From a virus: DNA of 64,000 nucleotides. The position numbers and the translations under genes were made by a program. Under the pieces are notes generated by a model that saw nothing but the letters and a program-made list of their open reading frames with translations, searched no databases and was not told where the DNA came from. Below are positions 54,496 through 62,664 of the stretch, piece by piece. The stretch lies in IMG/VR virus record IMGVR_UViG_3300045988_179268, positions 192,001 to 256,000 of that record; one strand, given 5' to 3'. Numbering within the stretch: position 1 is the stretch's first letter; each line of letters opens with the position of its first letter.

Positions 54496-54638
54496 GATTT
54501 TCCCCGTACACGCGGGGATGGCTCCTGGACCCTCAAACTTGCTAGAGTAGAGCACGTATTTTCCCCGTACACGCGGGGATGGCTCTAACGTCAAGCCTAT
54601 TAGCGTTTACGTTTTCCCTTGTATGCGTGGGGTGACTC
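54496..54638 (+). CRISPR. three-repeat, two-spacer type I-E-like mini-array
   Basis: R1 54496-54524 and R2 54557-54585 are 28/29 identical (ATTTTCCCCGTACACGCGGGGATGGCTC). Spacer 1 is 32 nt (period 61). Degenerate terminal repeat at 54610-54638 after a 24-nt spacer. Confidence 0.65.
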
Positions 54639-54669
54639 ACAATAACCCTTTTATATATTCACAACATAT

Positions 54670-54743
54670 GCCCCCGTGGTCTAATTGGTCAGGATGCCAC
54701 TTTCTCAAGGTGGGTGGTACGGGTTCGAGTCCCGTCGGGGGTA
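54670..54743 (+). tRNA. tRNA-Glu(CTC), second copy
   Basis: acceptor GCCCCCG/CGGGGGT, anticodon arm CCACT-TTCTCAA-GGTGG. Confidence 0.8.
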
Positions 54744-54775
54744 CGTTCATGCGCGGTTTTTGTTGCGTGTGTTTT

Positions 54776-54848
54776 GCGCTTTTAGCTCAGTTGGTAGAGC
54801 AACGGACTCTTAATCCGTGGGTCGCCGGTTCGAGTCCGGCAGGGCGCA
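54776..54848 (+). tRNA. tRNA-Lys(CTT), second copy
   Basis: anticodon arm ACGGA-CTCTTAA-TCCGT, T arm GCCGG-TTCGAGT-CCGGC. Confidence 0.85.
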
Positions 54849-54878
54849 CGTAGCACATTCCTTTTGGGTGTGTTTACT

Positions 54879-55029
54879 CACCTCGCCTGTGAGGGACTGG
54901 GAGAGGTGGCTAATCTAAACGGATGGGTAGCCTTTGGGTTGCCTGTCAAGACCAGGAAAATTAGCTTAGGCTGATTCGAGGGTCACCGTCTGGCAAAATG
55001 GCAGACCCACCCTTTGTAGGGGGCGGCTC
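54879..55029 (+). ncRNA. E-module E14
   Basis: follows the second tRNA-Lys(CTT); near-duplicate of E12; ends CCCACCCTTTGTAGGGGGCGGCTC. Confidence 0.7.
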
Positions 55030-55098
55030 AGTGTTTGAGAATGAGGGTTGCGCCCTCAGCGAGTATTTCCCGTAAATATAATTACTATTTCACATTGT

Positions 55099-55172
55099 TC
55101 CCTTGTAGCTCAATTGGCAGATGCGCCCGACTGTTAATCGGGAGGTTGTAGGTTCGAGTCCTTCCGGGGGAG
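55099..55172 (+). tRNA. tRNA-Asn(GTT), second copy
   Basis: 5' two-thirds identical to 51469-51542; acceptor TCCCTTG/CGGGGGA. Confidence 0.8.
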
Positions 55173-55188
55173 CTTTTAATATTGTGTT

Positions 55189-55225
55189 ACGCCCTTGCTG
55201 GTTTTTGCCGGTGAGGGCGTTTTTG
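55189..55225 (+). terminator. terminator closing the tRNA island
   Basis: ACGCCCT..AGGGCGT stem followed by TTTTT. Confidence 0.7.
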
Positions 55226-55236
55226 TTGTATAATTG

Positions 55237-55247
55237 GTGTACCACAT
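55237..55247 (-). promoter_or_regulatory. promoter motif on the minus strand facing the tRNA island
   Basis: reverse complement reads TGTGGTACACC; a plus-strand TATAAT at 55230-55235 overlaps the region. Confidence 0.4.
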
Positions 55248-55274
55248 ATTTTTTAGTTGAAAGGTTTTCATAGA

Positions 55275-56309
55275 ATGTTTGTTTGCGAGGATGTGTCCCC
55301 TGTTGGTTCTGGCAAGGTTCAGTCTATTTCTTTGGGGGAGTCATTTTTGCCTGGTGACGTGATGGATGTATTGAATCCGTCTATTCCGAGTGCGGCGGCG
55401 CGTATGGTATTGATTTATAAGCGTGATGTTGTCTCTGCTGGTGCGCAGTTGGTGGGCGTTTTCACTGTTTCTGCCGACCCTGCTACTTTTGCGGGTGGTG
55501 TTGATGGTCAGGGTATTATTCCAGGTGTTGCCTCTGGTTCGCTTGTTGAGCGTGTCGTTGAGAGTGTTCCTGTGCAGGGTGGTGATTACGCCTCACATGC
55601 GTTGAAGGTTGCGTCCTGGTTGTCTAATTCTGGTGTGCCGCTGGGTTATGGTGGTGATTTGCGCAATGGTTTTGCTTTTACTGCGTTTGAATCTGCTGAG
55701 GGCGCATGTGCTGTGCCTGATGCGTTTGAGTTTTTGGATGCGGCGGGTGTGTCTGTCCCTTGGTATAACGAGGGTAACTATTTCGGGTACACTGTTTCTG
55801 GTGTTAGTAAGATTAGTTCCCTTAAGGGTGTGGGTTCTGTGTTGGGCGACCTTGGTGACGTTGGTGTGGACTCCCGCGCGCTGAGTCAGGGGGTTGATGG
55901 TGCTGGCGACAATGCTTATGTCGCGTGGTTGCTGTGGGGTGTTGATGATGGTGGTCGTGTTGGGGATGTGCATCTTGTGGCTGGTGACCCGACGCTAAAT
56001 GGGTTCCCGACTGTGGGGTTGCCGTTTATTAAGGGCGCTCCTCAGCTTGTGGGTGTCCCGGTTGAGGAGTATGGTTATCGTTTGGTGACGAAAATGTTCA
56101 CTAATTTCACTTCTGTTTTTGTCACTATTAAGTCCCCTTTGTTTAATGCTAATCGTGTTTGTTATGATGCTGGTAAGGGTTTGTATTCTTTGCCTGTTGT
56201 GGTGACTTTGGGGTCTGAGTCGCCATTGTGGGTGCCTGGCGATTTGGGGGCGCGTATGCGCTATGTTAAGGCTGTTTTGGGGCGCGATGGGGCTTTAAAT
56301 ATCTTGTAA
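55275..56309 (+). CDS. G/V-rich paralog A in the GT-biased island
   Basis: ATG 55275 after GAAAGG (track TTG 55257); C-terminal YDAGKGLYSLPVVV matches the two downstream genes. Confidence 0.55.
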   Translation: MFVCEDVSPVGSGKVQSISLGESFLPGDVMDVLNPSIPSAAARMVLIYKRDVVSAGAQLVGVFTVSADPATFAGGVDGQGIIPGVASGSLVERVVESVPVQGGDYASHALKVASWLSNSGVPLGYGGDLRNGFAFTAFESAEGACAVPDAFEFLDAAGVSVPWYNEGNYFGYTVSGVSKISSLKGVGSVLGDLGDVGVDSRALSQGVDGAGDNAYVAWLLWGVDDGGRVGDVHLVAGDPTLNGFPTVGLPFIKGAPQLVGVPVEEYGYRLVTKMFTNFTSVFVTIKSPLFNANRVCYDAGKGLYSLPVVVTLGSESPLWVPGDLGARMRYVKAVLGRDGALNIL

Positions 56310-56388
56310 ATAGCCTTTTTGGGGAGCTTGTCATACTTTTGTGTGGCAGGCTCCTTTTTGTGTGTTTTCCGGGTTTTGGGCGGGTTGG

Positions 56389-56399
56389 TGTGGTAGACT
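56389..56399 (+). promoter_or_regulatory. promoter motif
   Basis: TGTGGTAGACT. Confidence 0.55.
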
Positions 56400-56462
56400 G
56401 GTGGTGGGGTTGCGTCGGGTCTTGACGTTGCCCCCTTTTTTCTATCTTTTTCTACTATTTTT

Positions 56463-57455
56463 TTGGAGGTTGTTGTGGCTTTTGATTGGTTGAGGGGCAT
56501 TTTTGGTGGTTCTGGTGATGGTGAGCCTGTTGAGGGTGGTGCTTTTAGGGAGTCGGGGGTTTCTGATGCTGATGTGATTGCTGAGTTGGAGGCTTCGTTG
56601 GGTGCGCCGTCTGGTGGTGTTGATGTTTCGCGTCTGGTTAGTTGTGAGTTTGGGTTGCCGGGGCATGTGTTGTTTTTGTTTAAGCCTGTGGGTGGTGGGT
56701 TTGTTTTGGATGGTGTGGTGTGTGTTGGTGTGAGTGGTCGTGGTGTTGGTGGTGTTGGTAATGGTCGTGGGGTGGTTTGTTTTGGGCAGGAGCCTGTGTT
56801 GGAGGTGTTGGGTGGTTCTAGGGTTTATTCTGTGGAGGATAATTTTAGTGAGGTTGGGCGTGGGTTGTATGGTGAGGTTTTGAGTGAGGGGTGTTTGTTT
56901 GTTGGGGTTGGTGAGTCTGGTGGTTTGGATTTGTTGAGGGTTGTTGAGTCGGATGGTGTTGATTTTATTTTGGGTGACCCGTCGTTGGTGGGTTTGGAGG
57001 TGGAGTCTTTTGATGGGGGTGAGTTTGTGTGTGTGATTGCGCATAATGTGCGTGTTGATTTGTCTGCTTCGGTTTCTGTTGGTGAGGCTGTTGGTTCTGT
57101 GGGTGATGTGGGTTCTGTGGCGCGTGAGTATGTTGGTGTTGAGGGTGCTATGGTCGGTTGGTTCTGTTGGTGGGCTTCGGCGGCTGGCGTTGAGTGGGGG
57201 TATGTTTTGGGTGACCCGCGTGGGGGTGGTTCGCCGGTGATGGATGTTCCGCTTGGCGGTATTTCGGGGTTGTTTAGTGGGCTTATTGCTGGTGTTGGCA
57301 GTATTGAGGATGTTGGTGTTAGGGTTGCTGGTTCGTTTAGGAATACTCGTTTCGGTAATGTTGAGTGGGTTGCTCCTTTGTATGATGATGGTCGTGCTTA
57401 TTATGATGAGGCGGCGCAGTTGTATGCGATGCCGGTGGTGACTGTTCTGCATTAG
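56463..57455 (+). CDS. G/V-rich paralog B in the GT-biased island (start uncertain, GTG 56475 possible)
   Basis: open frame in a stretch that is about 85 percent G+T; C-terminal YDDGRAYYDEAAQLYAMPVV. Confidence 0.5.
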   Translation: MEVVVAFDWLRGIFGGSGDGEPVEGGAFRESGVSDADVIAELEASLGAPSGGVDVSRLVSCEFGLPGHVLFLFKPVGGGFVLDGVVCVGVSGRGVGGVGNGRGVVCFGQEPVLEVLGGSRVYSVEDNFSEVGRGLYGEVLSEGCLFVGVGESGGLDLLRVVESDGVDFILGDPSLVGLEVESFDGGEFVCVIAHNVRVDLSASVSVGEAVGSVGDVGSVAREYVGVEGAMVGWFCWWASAAGVEWGYVLGDPRGGGSPVMDVPLGGISGLFSGLIAGVGSIEDVGVRVAGSFRNTRFGNVEWVAPLYDDGRAYYDEAAQLYAMPVVTVLH

Positions 57456-57577
57456 CGCCTTTACCCGCTTTCGGGGGTATGGGTTTTGCGCTGTGGGGTG
57501 TTAGAATAAGGTGTGTTGCTTGTCCCCTTTTTGGGGTTCGGTGATGCACCTTATTCTTTTTTGTTTTTGGGAGGTTT

Positions 57578-58585
57578 TTGTTGTCTTCGTCGTTCATGAA
57601 GGACCCGAATGTTGCTAGTTCGCCTGTTGATGGTCAGGTGTACAATATTGTTCCTTTGGAGGATTTGAATGAGTTTGACCGGGTGGATACGAGTCATTTC
57701 GTGTCTGAGCCTACGTTGGATTCGTTGGATGGGTTGGCTAATTTTGCGTTAGGTTCATCGTCTGAGTTCCTGTTCTTGTTTGAGGATTTGGACGGGGTTC
57801 CGGTTCTTTCTGGGATTGTGTTTGCGGTGACTACGCCTAACGGTGTTGGTCGAGCTATCTTGCCTGCGCATGACCGTATTGTGTCTAGCGTGTGGGATGA
57901 GGTTTGTAAGCGTTCCTCTTCAACTTCGCGTGAGCGTCTGTCTGTGGCGTGTGCCGAGGTACTGGTTGAGCGTGGCACAGCGTTCATGTCTGCTTATACT
58001 GATGCGTTGCCTATTGGTGTTGCTAGGAAGTTGCGTGGTAAGAATAATGGGCGTGAGGTGACAGCCCAGTATGTGTTGGATAACTATGGTTTGATGCCTC
58101 AAGATGCTGTGAAAGCACATGCTGTTGGGGTGTCTGCTGACTTCATGGTTTCGGATGCGGTGAAGGTTCTTTATCGGAAGGATTCTGAGGCTATTAACCC
58201 GGTGTCTGCGGGTCGTCCTGGGTGGGCGCATGTGGGTTGGTTGCAGTGGCGTATGAGTCCGACTACAGGTCTTGAGTTAGGATTGGGCTTTGGTGCTCCT
58301 TTTGGGGAGGCTGATTCTTTGCCTTACGTGCCGCTGGTTCCCGTCTTTAAAGACACCTTTAAGCGTATGGTTATGGCGTATTCTCCTTCTGAGGGTGCCG
58401 TCGGTGCTACATTTATGTCCATCATTCAGGATGGCACGTTTAAGGGTAACGGTGACGAGTTCACTATTGGTGGCGCACTTTATAATGACGGCAGGTACGC
58501 TTATGATTCCGCTTCGGGGGTTTATGCTATGCCTATTATTATTGAACAGCCGCGCGCCACGGCTAAGGTGTTCATGGTGAACTAG
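57578..58585 (+). CDS. paralog C in the GT-biased island (start uncertain)
   Basis: GGGAGG upstream; C-terminal YNDGRYAYDSASGVYAMPII. Confidence 0.55.
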   Translation: MLSSSFMKDPNVASSPVDGQVYNIVPLEDLNEFDRVDTSHFVSEPTLDSLDGLANFALGSSSEFLFLFEDLDGVPVLSGIVFAVTTPNGVGRAILPAHDRIVSSVWDEVCKRSSSTSRERLSVACAEVLVERGTAFMSAYTDALPIGVARKLRGKNNGREVTAQYVLDNYGLMPQDAVKAHAVGVSADFMVSDAVKVLYRKDSEAINPVSAGRPGWAHVGWLQWRMSPTTGLELGLGFGAPFGEADSLPYVPLVPVFKDTFKRMVMAYSPSEGAVGATFMSIIQDGTFKGNGDEFTIGGALYNDGRYAYDSASGVYAMPIIIEQPRATAKVFMVN

Positions 58586-58813
58586 TAGAAGTGCCAGTTA
58601 AGTGATATGTTTCACACTGGAAATGGTTGTTTTGAAGTGAAATAGCCTTTTGAGTGTGCTAGACTAGTGTTATCCACAAGTGGTGCGAGGATAAACGCCC
58701 TTCGTGCCACTGCTTAGGTGGTAAAAATTATTCATTTTAACCTACTATTTATGCATTGTGGATGACTGTATGCTGGGGAGGCTTTATAGTGCTCTTTTAA
58801 AGCCTCCCCTCTA

Positions 58814-58894
58814 GCGCTTGTGGCGGAATTGGCAGACGCGCCTGGCTCAAAATCAGGTTCCTTTGGAGTGTGGGTTCGAGTCCCACCTGGCGCA
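58814..58894 (+). tRNA. tRNA-Leu(CAA)
   Basis: acceptor GCGCTTG/CTGGCGC, anticodon arm CCTGG-CTCAAAA-TCAGG, long variable arm, T arm GTGGG-TTCGAGT-CCCAC. Confidence 0.85.
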
Positions 58895-59013
58895 CTCCTG
58901 TAACGGCGTAAAACCGTGTCCCAAGTCTTTCTGGGATGTGGGTATCAGAAGGGGTTTTTAAAGGTTTCACTCTTCTGTAAACAACATTCATGATTGATGA
59001 ATGCCTTTCTGTT

Positions 59014-59055
59014 GCATGACCCTCTTACCTTCGGGTGAGAGGGTCATGCTGTTTC
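59014..59055 (+). terminator. hairpin terminator after tRNA-Leu(CAA)
   Basis: GCATGACCCTCT/AGAGGGTCATGC stem with a TTCG-containing loop. Confidence 0.6.
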
Positions 59056-59059
59056 CATT

Positions 59060-59088
59060 TTGCAAGCCTGCTAGATATGTGGTACACT
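59060..59088 (+). promoter_or_regulatory. promoter
   Basis: TTGCAA, 17-nt spacer, TGTGGTACACT. Confidence 0.7.
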
Positions 59089-59141
59089 TGAGTTAATAGC
59101 TTATTTTGTTTATTAATCTACAAGAAGGAATTACAAACCTT

Positions 59142-59648
59142 ATGCGCCCCTACGCCCGTACCTCTTCCCCTCGCACTCAGCTCCAGTCTCTTAAGGCACC
59201 TGTGTATCGAGAGATGAATAAGGTTAAGAATCGTATTGCTACTGAGAATACCCGCAATAACAATATTCTCATTAATACTCTTACCCCCTTGCTGTTTAAT
59301 TACCCTGAGTCTGAGGAGCGAACTCAGAAGACTCGCCTTCTGTTGGATGCGTCCGGCATTCATACTGCTAATATTGCTGTTCTGAGTAAGAAGAATGAGA
59401 AGTTGATGACTCTCTATGGGCAGTTGGTGACTGCTGAGCATCGAGCTTTGGTTACTCAGGTTTTTGTGGATGGACTCAATGATGAGTTTCAGAAGATTTT
59501 GAAGATGGATGGTGATTTGCGTTCGCCGTCTGCTGAGCTTCGTCGGTCGGTTGAGGATGTGCGCGCGCTAGTTTCTCCCGCTAAGACCAAGTTTAACCTG
59601 CCGCCCGTTCGGGCTTATGTATTGCCGCGTGAGTCTGTTGCGGCGTAA
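59142..59648 (+). CDS. hypothetical protein
   Basis: ATG 59142 after GAAGGA; promoter at 59060-59088. Confidence 0.6.
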   Translation: MRPYARTSSPRTQLQSLKAPVYREMNKVKNRIATENTRNNNILINTLTPLLFNYPESEERTQKTRLLLDASGIHTANIAVLSKKNEKLMTLYGQLVTAEHRALVTQVFVDGLNDEFQKILKMDGDLRSPSAELRRSVEDVRALVSPAKTKFNLPPVRAYVLPRESVAA

Positions 59649-59670
59649 GGGCTTTACAGTACGCAAAATA

Positions 59671-59681
59671 TGTGATATACT
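59671..59681 (+). promoter_or_regulatory. promoter motif
   Basis: TGTGATATACT. Confidence 0.55.
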
Positions 59682-59765
59682 ATAAATAAATTTATTCTAC
59701 TAGGCTGACTACATTCCGCATATAGGGTACTGAGTCAGCCCGCCAAAACAAGGAGATATTAAAAT

Positions 59766-60986
59766 ATGGAAACCACTGTTAAGCGAACTCTCGAAACTCC
59801 GCTGGATGCAACCGTCCGAGGTAATATTATTGCCGCCCGTAAGAATCAGGAAACCGGCACCGAATTTTACAACCTGTCTGCATATTACAAGGAACTGCTT
59901 GGGTTCCCTTATGCTTTTTCTACCCCGTCGCCACAGCATGTCGTTATTGACGAGAATCATTACCGCACTACAACTCTTAGCCCCCTAGATAGTGCGACTG
60001 TAGAGCATCTGACCCTGACTGCTTCCGAGAAGACCCCTGTCATTATCGAGGGCGTAGCTATCACTGGTCAGTATGTTGTAGGTTCAACTGGTGCTGTTCA
60101 CAGTCTGGTTGATTTGGGTAGTGTGGATGAGAACTACCTTATTGGCACTGGTCGTAGCATCTTCTATGCGCCGGTTAAGACCAAGGTCTTCTATTCGGTT
60201 GGTAACCTTGCGGCGAAGTATGGTCACCTGGGGGGCGTTGCAATGATTAACACTCTTGTGACGATGTACCGCGACTCCCACCCTGGCTATAAGAACGCTA
60301 TTGAGAAGGGTGAGTTGGAGGATTTTATTAAGTTTGCGGAGGCTCAGCCTAAGGGTGCCCGCGCTTTGGCTCTAAATGCTCCTAAGAGTGATGAGCCGCC
60401 TGCCGATTTCACTCTAGTCCCTTCCCTTGATGGCGCTGTTGTTGATAACCCTGCCGTGGTTTACAGTAATGAGCTTCTTTGTCGCTCCCTGTACCTTTCT
60501 CCTGAGCGTCACCGCGCCCTGGGTGGTACTGGTAAGCTCCCCGTATTCCTTGCCGCTGATGTCCGCCCTCGCGTAGAGGTGCTATTGAAGGCGGCGGGCC
60601 GTTCGCTGACTTATGATTTTGCGTGGCGTAAGGGTGTGCCGACTTCTCCGCTGTACACGGCAGAGCAGTACACTATGATTCGCTCTTGGATTCGCGCTGA
60701 GGGCGACAAGAAAAAGCCGTCTGATGAGTGGGTTGAACAGGCACGCGAGGTTTTCCCTGCCACTAAGCCGACCACCATGTATGCTTTGAGCCGACCCTTG
60801 CGCACTATTGTCGTGAATCAGGGTGAGGATATTGTGGTTGATGCCATTAAGAAGCATAAGGCTGAGATGGTGAAGATTGTCCGATTCAATAGTAAGGGCG
60901 TGGAGCCTATTAAGCTCCCTAGCTTGCTGTACACCAAGGAAACCGCTGATGCTCTTATGGGGGAGCTGACAGGTAAGGGTATCTAG
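59766..60986 (+). CDS. hypothetical protein
   Basis: ATG after AAGGAGA; promoter at 59671-59681. Confidence 0.65.
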   Translation: METTVKRTLETPLDATVRGNIIAARKNQETGTEFYNLSAYYKELLGFPYAFSTPSPQHVVIDENHYRTTTLSPLDSATVEHLTLTASEKTPVIIEGVAITGQYVVGSTGAVHSLVDLGSVDENYLIGTGRSIFYAPVKTKVFYSVGNLAAKYGHLGGVAMINTLVTMYRDSHPGYKNAIEKGELEDFIKFAEAQPKGARALALNAPKSDEPPADFTLVPSLDGAVVDNPAVVYSNELLCRSLYLSPERHRALGGTGKLPVFLAADVRPRVEVLLKAAGRSLTYDFAWRKGVPTSPLYTAEQYTMIRSWIRAEGDKKKPSDEWVEQAREVFPATKPTTMYALSRPLRTIVVNQGEDIVVDAIKKHKAEMVKIVRFNSKGVEPIKLPSLLYTKETADALMGELTGKGI

Positions 60987-60993
60987 ATAGATT

Positions 60994-61032
60994 AAGTGGG
61001 GGTGTTAGGCGTATTACCTAACACCCCCACTT
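60994..61032 (+). terminator. hairpin terminator
   Basis: AAGTGGGGGTGTTAGG/CCTAACACCCCCACTT stem. Confidence 0.6.
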
Positions 61033-61059
61033 GTATCCCATTGCAATATGTGGTACACT
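61031..61059 (+). promoter_or_regulatory. promoter
   Basis: TTGTAT, 17-nt spacer, TGTGGTACACT. Confidence 0.65.
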
Positions 61060-61135
61060 TTAATTAATATGCAAGAAAGTTGGAGGCAATGAATACAGCC
61101 TTCCAGTAAAATAACTAACTTAAAGGAGAAACCTT

Positions 61136-61738
61136 ATGACCCCCACCCCGCTTATTATGGCAAAGACTGCGCCTAAGCCGCGCCCGCCAAAGAGTCGCCC
61201 TCAGTACGCGAATAAGACTTCTAAGAAGGAGCCTCGTGAACTGGGCGTAGAGGCAACCCTGGCATACCCTGACTGGTATGCAGGGCACAATATGCGTGAG
61301 TATTTCCGAGCCGTAGAAGCAACCCTCAAGGGAATTAAGGAAAAGGGTATTAAGGTAACCTATACGGCGGCATATAACGCATACAGTAACCGTTACACCA
61401 TTAGCTTGCGCCTTAAGAACAAGCGAAACAGCCTACTGACCACCAATGTACGGGGCGCATCATACCCGATTAAGTTCACCACCAACCCCTACACTGCTGT
61501 TGCCGACCACGGGCGCGAAGCACCTTACGAACTTTCCGCCTTTGCGGGTGTCCTAGATAAGGTTGCTCTAGCGAACCGAACCGAAGTGTCTCGCATTGAA
61601 ACACCTATTACCAGCAACAACCCTAGCGACAAGGCTCTTACTAACGGCGTGTACCGTCTGCACCTCAAGCTTCACCCTAAAAGTGGGGCTCAGCGTCGGG
61701 TAGAAAAGCTTAAGCGTGACGCACGTGAACAGGGGTAG
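61136..61738 (+). CDS. basic hypothetical protein
   Basis: ATG after AAGGAGAA; promoter at 61031-61059. Confidence 0.6.
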   Translation: MTPTPLIMAKTAPKPRPPKSRPQYANKTSKKEPRELGVEATLAYPDWYAGHNMREYFRAVEATLKGIKEKGIKVTYTAAYNAYSNRYTISLRLKNKRNSLLTTNVRGASYPIKFTTNPYTAVADHGREAPYELSAFAGVLDKVALANRTEVSRIETPITSNNPSDKALTNGVYRLHLKLHPKSGAQRRVEKLKRDAREQG

Positions 61739-62637
61739 TGGGCACGATGCTAGATTGGCTTAACAGTAATGGCACAACAACTGTTGTCAATACTGCGTTC
61801 ACTATCGTCCTCCTACTGATATTTCTTTTTCTTCTTATTCTGCACCTGCTAAGTAAGCGTGATAATGAAGGGGCGCTAGGTGCGCCTATCGACTTGACTG
61901 AGGTAGAGGAGGAAAGCGACCACGATTACGGAAGCTGGCTAGACCTCACCCCCGAGGAACCCATACTCGACACCGATGACACTAAAGACATCCCCCTTGA
62001 TTGGTCATACACTCCGATTCGTCGTGATGCAAGCGATTGGGCAAAGGAACTCGACTTAACTTTAGGTAGGCGCGCCACAACGTTCCGTACAGCCGGTTCA
62101 CAGCGGCGAACCTACACGAAGTACAACCCTCGTTCTGCACGACCGCAAGGCATTATTTATGCGCGAACTGAACAGGTCAGTGAGGCACGAAATATCAACC
62201 TGTATGTAGGCGTGGATACCTCAGCGTCTATGAATGAGTATGCACAGTCGCGTCGTGCCGCGCAAGCGCTTGATGAGATTATCCGTAAGGACAACTACCA
62301 CACGCTAGTGACATGCGTAGATACCGTTTTTAAGGGGTGGCAGAGCGGCAGTAAGGTTGAAGAGATTTTCGTATCCGGTGGCGGCGGAACCTACATGACT
62401 TCCTTCTTTGAAGAACTCGACAAGATTCGCTGTAACCCTAGCGAGAAACTTACCACCCCTGACGCGGCAGTACTGATTACCGACGGCGAGCTGAATGACT
62501 GCGACTGGGAGAACATTATTGGGCACACACAAACTTTCAGTAGGCAAGAAATGCCCGTATTCATTATCATCACTAACCCGAAGATTAATCCGCCGGAACC
62601 TTTAAAGAACTTCGCCTACGTTTACCACGCTGAATAA
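61738..62637 (+). CDS. VWA-domain protein with N-terminal TM
   Basis: MIDAS-like VDTSASM, later TDGELND; start GTG 61738 or ATG 61747. Confidence 0.65.
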   Translation: MGTMLDWLNSNGTTTVVNTAFTIVLLLIFLFLLILHLLSKRDNEGALGAPIDLTEVEEESDHDYGSWLDLTPEEPILDTDDTKDIPLDWSYTPIRRDASDWAKELDLTLGRRATTFRTAGSQRRTYTKYNPRSARPQGIIYARTEQVSEARNINLYVGVDTSASMNEYAQSRRAAQALDEIIRKDNYHTLVTCVDTVFKGWQSGSKVEEIFVSGGGGTYMTSFFEELDKIRCNPSEKLTTPDAAVLITDGELNDCDWENIIGHTQTFSRQEMPVFIIITNPKINPPEPLKNFAYVYHAE

Positions 62638-62664
62638 CTAGCTAACCAGAAAGAGTTAAACCTT

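Larger units (their letters stand above)
54670..55029 (+). repeat. segmental duplication unit, copy 2
   Basis: see 53679-54128. Confidence 0.7.

Noticed and set aside
56442-57452. 336-aa minus-strand ORF rich in T/N/H/P/Q/K
   Set aside because: The A/C-rich complement of a G/T-rich stretch cannot contain stop codons, so this is a compositional shadow. The plus-strand ORF has paralogs, an RBS and a promoter motif.
55190-58600. Diversity-generating retroelement as the explanation for the adenine-poor region
   Set aside because: There is no reverse transcriptase and no template/variable repeat pair. Both A and C are depleted, and the depletion extends into non-coding spacers.
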